The translations under genes were made by a program, and so were the position numbers. From contig CAXXIN010000007.1 in assembly GCA_963665275.2 (NCBI GenBank), positions 160,001 to 224,000 of the forward strand: a DNA stretch of 64,000 bases. The letters are read 5' to 3'. This DNA comes from Negativicutes bacterium. Lineage in GTDB: Bacteria > Bacillota > Negativicutes > UBA1444. The notes under the pieces were generated by a model, which was not told the origin of the DNA, did not search any database, and was given only the letters and a program-made list of their open reading frames with translations. Within the stretch, counting starts at the first letter, position 1; each line of letters starts with the position of its first letter. This document shows positions 60,237 to 64,000 of the stretch, piece after piece.

Positions 60237-60602
60237 CTACTTCGTAATCTTGCCTATGACACGCTCTTCAACTATCCGGTCATTGACCACATGCTCCGAA
60301 ATCAGCTTCGGAATGAAGTCCGGCGTCACTTTGCCATAGCTGATGCGAGGTCCTCCGGCTTTGACGATGTCCACGAGAACTTCCTGTTCGCACATTCCGA
60401 TACAGCCGGTCTGGGTCACATTGACATCCTGAATTTTCGCTTTGGCAATCTCATCGAGTATCGCCGACAGCACTTCACGCGCACCGGCCGCAATGCCGCA
60501 CGTTCCCATGCCGACAATGATCTGGGTTCCTGCCGCATGGCGGATCTGGTTGTCGGTCTGAAGCTTTTCGCGCAACCGTTTGAGGTCTTCCACCGTTTTC
60601 AT
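60237..60602 (-). CDS. hndB: Thioredoxin-like [2Fe-2S] subunit (HndB/HydD)
   Basis: VGMGTCGIAAGA, TGCIGMC..E. Confidence 0.9.
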   Translation of the reverse strand: MKTVEDLKRLREKLQTDNQIRHAAGTQIIVGMGTCGIAAGAREVLSAILDEIAKAKIQDVNVTQTGCIGMCEQEVLVDIVKAGGPRISYGKVTPDFIPKLISEHVVNDRIVEERVIGKITK

Positions 60603-60605
60603 GCT

Positions 60606-61154
60606 TTAATTCCCTCCGTATAAAATACTCAGATTTTCCTTGAGATACCCATCGATCCAGTCCAGCACCTCCGGCTGCGTCAGCGGCAAATCCCCCAATG
60701 CGGTTCGGATTTCTGCAGAGTCCAACGCAAAAGTTTTTTCGCCGACGGTGTGACGATATCGGAAATGAACCTGAGGGTTCATCACCAGGATGGTCTTTAA
60801 CGTTGCCGCCATATTCCCGAGCGGCGGACGGTCCAGGTGGTCGAGCCGCCAAAAGGCGTCCACAGTGGTTCCCTCACCCGGAGTCGATTCGATCTGCAAA
60901 GCGCCGTCACACATACGGGTTGTCATGTCCATTAACGGTATTCCCAGGCCGACCTTGCGCACCGTCCGGGTCGTTACGAACGGATCCCTGATTCTGGACA
61001 GCATCACTTGGTCCATGCCCCGTCCATTATCTTCGATGCGGATCCGCAATACATCCTGAACTGCATTTTCCTCCACTAGTACCGCGACCTTGTCGGCGCC
61101 AGCGCCAGTCGAATTTTCTACGAGATCCAGAACATGCAGCGAGAGTTCATGCAT
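60606..61154 (-). CDS. Stand-alone histidine-kinase-like ATPase (HATPase_c)
   Basis: ELSLHVLDLVENS, IEDNGRGM, DPFVTTR...GLGIP, HLDRPPLG. Confidence 0.9.
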   Translation of the reverse strand: MHELSLHVLDLVENSTGAGADKVAVLVEENAVQDVLRIRIEDNGRGMDQVMLSRIRDPFVTTRTVRKVGLGIPLMDMTTRMCDGALQIESTPGEGTTVDAFWRLDHLDRPPLGNMAATLKTILVMNPQVHFRYRHTVGEKTFALDSAEIRTALGDLPLTQPEVLDWIDGYLKENLSILYGGN

Positions 61155-61166
61155 GATACAACGGGT

Positions 61167-61664
61167 CTATTGATATCGGTCGAGAATTTGGCATACCGTC
61201 TCGGGGGTCAGGCGTCCGTGCGTATCATCATTCACCATCATTACAGGGGCCAATCCACAAGCGCCCAGACAAGCTACGGTTTCCAGAGTGAACTTTTCGT
61301 CCGGCGAGGTTTGACCCGGTATCAAGTGCAGTTGATCTTCCAACGCCTTGAGTACGTTTTTGGCGCCGCGCACGTGGCAGGCTGTGCCCTGGCACACTCG
61401 GATGATATTGCGTCCACGGGGGTTCATGTGAAACTGCGAATAAAAAGTCACGACTCCAAAAACTTGGCTGACAGGAATCTTGAGAATTTCCGCGATGCGC
61501 CCGATCACATCTTTGGGCAGGAATCCATACGCATGTTGAGCTTCCTGAAGAACCGGGATCAATGCGCCCTTCATTCCCTGGTATTTTTCCAGGATCGCAT
61601 CGACCTTGGCGAACCGGTCCTTGCTGCCACCACAGCAACAATCTTGGGTTTCTTTGGTTTCCAT
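61167..61664 (-). CDS. hndA: NuoE-like [2Fe-2S] subunit (HndA/HydC)
   Basis: LIPVLQEAQ, VVTFYSQF, CQGTACH, CLGACGLAP. Confidence 0.95.
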   Translation of the reverse strand: METKETQDCCCGGSKDRFAKVDAILEKYQGMKGALIPVLQEAQHAYGFLPKDVIGRIAEILKIPVSQVFGVVTFYSQFHMNPRGRNIIRVCQGTACHVRGAKNVLKALEDQLHLIPGQTSPDEKFTLETVACLGACGLAPVMMVNDDTHGRLTPETVCQILDRYQ

Positions 61665-61700
61665 TCTTCATCCTCCTTGGTTCTATGTTCCGGTTATTCT

Positions 61701-62444
61701 TTATCGATGGATTCGCCTACCCTCTTTGCCAACCAGTGCCTGCCGAATTTCAGAAAGGGTCGGAGACTCCATGAGGAACATCGTTTTGGGGCCTGTAAGA
61801 AAATCATCTATCGTATGGGCATCGGATGAGGCGACTACCGGCAGGGCGCCGATCGCTGGAAGCCTCATTTTTGCCTCAGCCCATTGCATGTTTCGCGATA
61901 CTTCCACTGCGTCCGGCGAAGCGCCCTCCGGAATGAATCCGAGTTGGGAGAGCACGCTGAACGCCGGCCGGTCAACGTGGGCCGCAATCGTGAGGCCTCC
62001 CATGGCGCGAACCTGCTCCACAGCTTCATCAAAGCCCAGATCCGTCGACGCCAGCAGCATGATCTCTTCTGTACGGACCAGTTCATCTTCCTCGTCGACG
62101 ACAAACTGAGCGCCGAATTTTTTTTCGTCATTTTGCCGTGGACTGCGGTGCAAGGCTACGAAATCACACCATTTTTTAAAATCGCGCATTTTGTCAAACA
62201 GGGTCAAGAGATGGACTTCTTCCCGTGTCTGGACCTCCATGCCCGCCAGAACAGTGACTGTGCTTCCCGCCGCAGCGCGGATCGCAGCCGCGACATTATC
62301 CCCGGCATTATGGTCCGTGATGGCTACGATATCGATTCCGGCGGTCTGCGCATTCCTGATGATGTTTCGGGGAGTCATTTCCACAGCGGCGCACGGCGAC
62401 AATAAGGTGTGCACATGCAAATCAGCCCGAAACCACCGTTTCAC
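61701..62444 (-). CDS. PHP-domain phosphoesterase
   Basis: DLHVHT.LSPC, AITDHN, AHVDR, SSDAH. Confidence 0.92.
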   Translation of the reverse strand: MKRWFRADLHVHTLLSPCAAVEMTPRNIIRNAQTAGIDIVAITDHNAGDNVAAAIRAAAGSTVTVLAGMEVQTREEVHLLTLFDKMRDFKKWCDFVALHRSPRQNDEKKFGAQFVVDEEDELVRTEEIMLLASTDLGFDEAVEQVRAMGGLTIAAHVDRPAFSVLSQLGFIPEGASPDAVEVSRNMQWAEAKMRLPAIGALPVVASSDAHTIDDFLTGPKTMFLMESPTLSEIRQALVGKEGRRIHR

Positions 62445-62782
62445 TTTCCCGGAATTCCGAGCCGATATAGGCGCCCGGCAACTTCGTAAGTTGACAGCTC
62501 GGTTTTACACAACACCACTTCCTGCTCATTAGCCTTGGCAATCGTCTGCTCTTCCGGTTCGATCCCACCGGCGACGATCACCGCCCCCAGTCCCACCAAG
62601 GACGCCACCGCAACGATGTTTTGGTGCCCCTGCATGGTCACCCATACTTCGCCCGCTTTCGCCTGCCCCATGACATGGCTGAGCAGATCCGACACATATC
62701 CACCGACCAAAGGGTCGTCCAAAACCCCGCCCTTTGATACCATCGTCAACCCCAATTCTTCGATCATTTCCCTCACCGTCAA
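62441..62782 (-). CDS. DRTGG-domain protein
   Basis: GGYVSDLLSHVM, WVT.Q.HQNIVAVA. Confidence 0.88.
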   Translation of the reverse strand: MTVREMIEELGLTMVSKGGVLDDPLVGGYVSDLLSHVMGQAKAGEVWVTMQGHQNIVAVASLVGLGAVIVAGGIEPEEQTIAKANEQEVVLCKTELSTYEVAGRLYRLGIPGK

Positions 62783-62799
62783 GCTCCATCACCCCCGAT

Positions 62800-64000
62800 C
62801 TATTTTTTATCTTCGTCCATTGCGCGTTTTGCCGAAACAGATCCCACTGACTCCTTGTTCATTGACTCATGGGTAAGAGATGGAGGTAGTTTGGCCGACA
62901 AATTCACCATTTCTTCGGCCAGAGTGCGGACCATTTCACGAAGCCTGAAAACACAATCGGTTTCGCTTGCTGTCCCCTGCACTATATCCTCCGCCAGCGC
63001 CCGGCATGTCGGTGAACCACAGGAACCGCAGTCCAGGCCCGGCAGACGCTTCTGCATATCGTCGATCATCTCTATTTTTTGCATTGCCACCCGAATATCG
63101 TCATCAAGTTTCAAGGCAGGCCGAGGTTCGATCGGAGCTTTGGGGCGCAGCGCCTGGCTTACCTGGTCTTCATCGATGAGCTCAGCTGAGCCCTGCGCTT
63201 CGCTGGCGCGCATCTCCTTCAGTCGTTGTTTCAGTATGTTTTCAGCCACGAACCGATTGATGGCTGTCAACGGACCGCCGATACAGCCGCCGACGCATGA
63301 CAGGCATTCAATGAAATCGACATCGTTGAGTTTGCCGATAGCTACCTGTTCCAGGACATTGGAAACATTGTGGATCCCATGGGCCACCAGAACTTTGGTA
63401 TCGGAGAGTCCCGCCGCCTCACCGCCGGCCACGGCCCACCCGACCCCCTCCGAGGAGGCCAGATGCCCGGGGACTGCATTGGCAGTGGTTGAAACGGCTT
63501 TGAGCAATTCCCCGTAAATCGAGATCATGGAGATCGTCCCTGTCAGTTCTGATTTTTCAACGCCGATCGGTTCCAGGATCGCTGTCATCTTGGCCGGACA
63601 GGGAGTAATAAACCAGACGCCGATCTCACAAGGCGCGCGCCCCGTGTCACGGACCGCTTCCGTGCGAGCGATGCGGGCAGCGATTTCCACTGGCGCATCC
63701 ACTGGCGACAGGTATTCGATCAATTCAGGGAATTTGACCAGAATCAGCCGAACCGAGGCAGGGCAGGCGGAAGAAATCACCGGTCTTTTGATACCCCTAC
63801 GCTTCAGATATTCGTCCAATGCCGCCGACGCGATTTCCGCGCCCCGCGCCACTTCCACCACCTTGTCAAATCCCAGCTTCAGCAACCCGGCAAGAATCGA
63901 CGGCACGGCAATGTTTTTTTCAAACTGCGCATACAACGAAGGCGCCGCCAGTGCTATATTGTACTGATAGTTCTTCAGATCTTCCAGTGAATCCGTCACG
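62800..64000 (-). CDS. Atypical (putatively sensory) [FeFe]-hydrogenase-like Fe-S protein, 5'-truncated by the window edge
   Basis: Variant H-cluster motifs SSACPA, TPCPAK, ECLSCVGGCIGGP; C-terminal FeS domain LPGLDCGSCGSPTC...C. Confidence 0.82.
   Translation of the reverse strand, partial: VTDSLEDLKNYQYNIALAAPSLYAQFEKNIAVPSILAGLLKLGFDKVVEVARGAEIASAALDEYLKRRGIKRPVISSACPASVRLILVKFPELIEYLSPVDAPVEIAARIARTEAVRDTGRAPCEIGVWFITPCPAKMTAILEPIGVEKSELTGTISMISIYGELLKAVSTTANAVPGHLASSEGVGWAVAGGEAAGLSDTKVLVAHGIHNVSNVLEQVAIGKLNDVDFIECLSCVGGCIGGPLTAINRFVAENILKQRLKEMRASEAQGSAELIDEDQVSQALRPKAPIEPRPALKLDDDIRVAMQKIEMIDDMQKRLPGLDCGSCGSPTCRALAEDIVQGTASETDCVFRLREMVRTLAEEMVNLSAKLPPSLTHESMNKESVGSVSAKRAMDEDKK

Overview
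Bacterial chromosome segment, most likely Bacillota and probably Negativicutes/Sporomusaceae-like. This is inferred from the L27 N-terminal extension plus Prp, SigH-type promoters, CsoR, and a Veillonella-type methylmalonyl-CoA decarboxylase pathway. Nearly all genes are on the - strand. (1) 1-15.7 kb is accessory DNA: a GNAT gene with a complete class IIC group II intron in its 5' leader, a Cys-rich MarR + ArsM::GNAT fusion operon, csoR-copA, an orphan RpiR/TTT-transporter catabolic cluster with a frameshifted tctA, a PolC/DnaE-fragment-like ORF and an MNT-HepT toxin-antitoxin pair. (2) 15.8-42.5 kb is mostly core: Ni/Co ECF transporter, rsfS-LCP-yqeK-nadD, MacAB-like efflux, proB-VOC-proA, obgE, rplU-prp-rpmA, an RNase E/G with a long charge-patterned tail, the TIGR03960/TIGR03936 radical SAM pair, and rodA-minD-mrdA-mreDCB-radC-maf with no minC or minE. 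(3) 42.7-64 kb is an energy-metabolism supercluster: two paralogous dicarboxylate carriers, a Na+-pumping methylmalonyl-CoA decarboxylase with an apparently split delta subunit, mce, meaB, two-subunit mutase, succinate CoA-transferase behind a long attenuator-like leader, rex, and an Hnd-type bifurcating [FeFe]-hydrogenase operon with accessory/sensory genes. No rRNA, tRNA or CRISPR array was seen. All calls come from visual motif recognition; no database searches were run.
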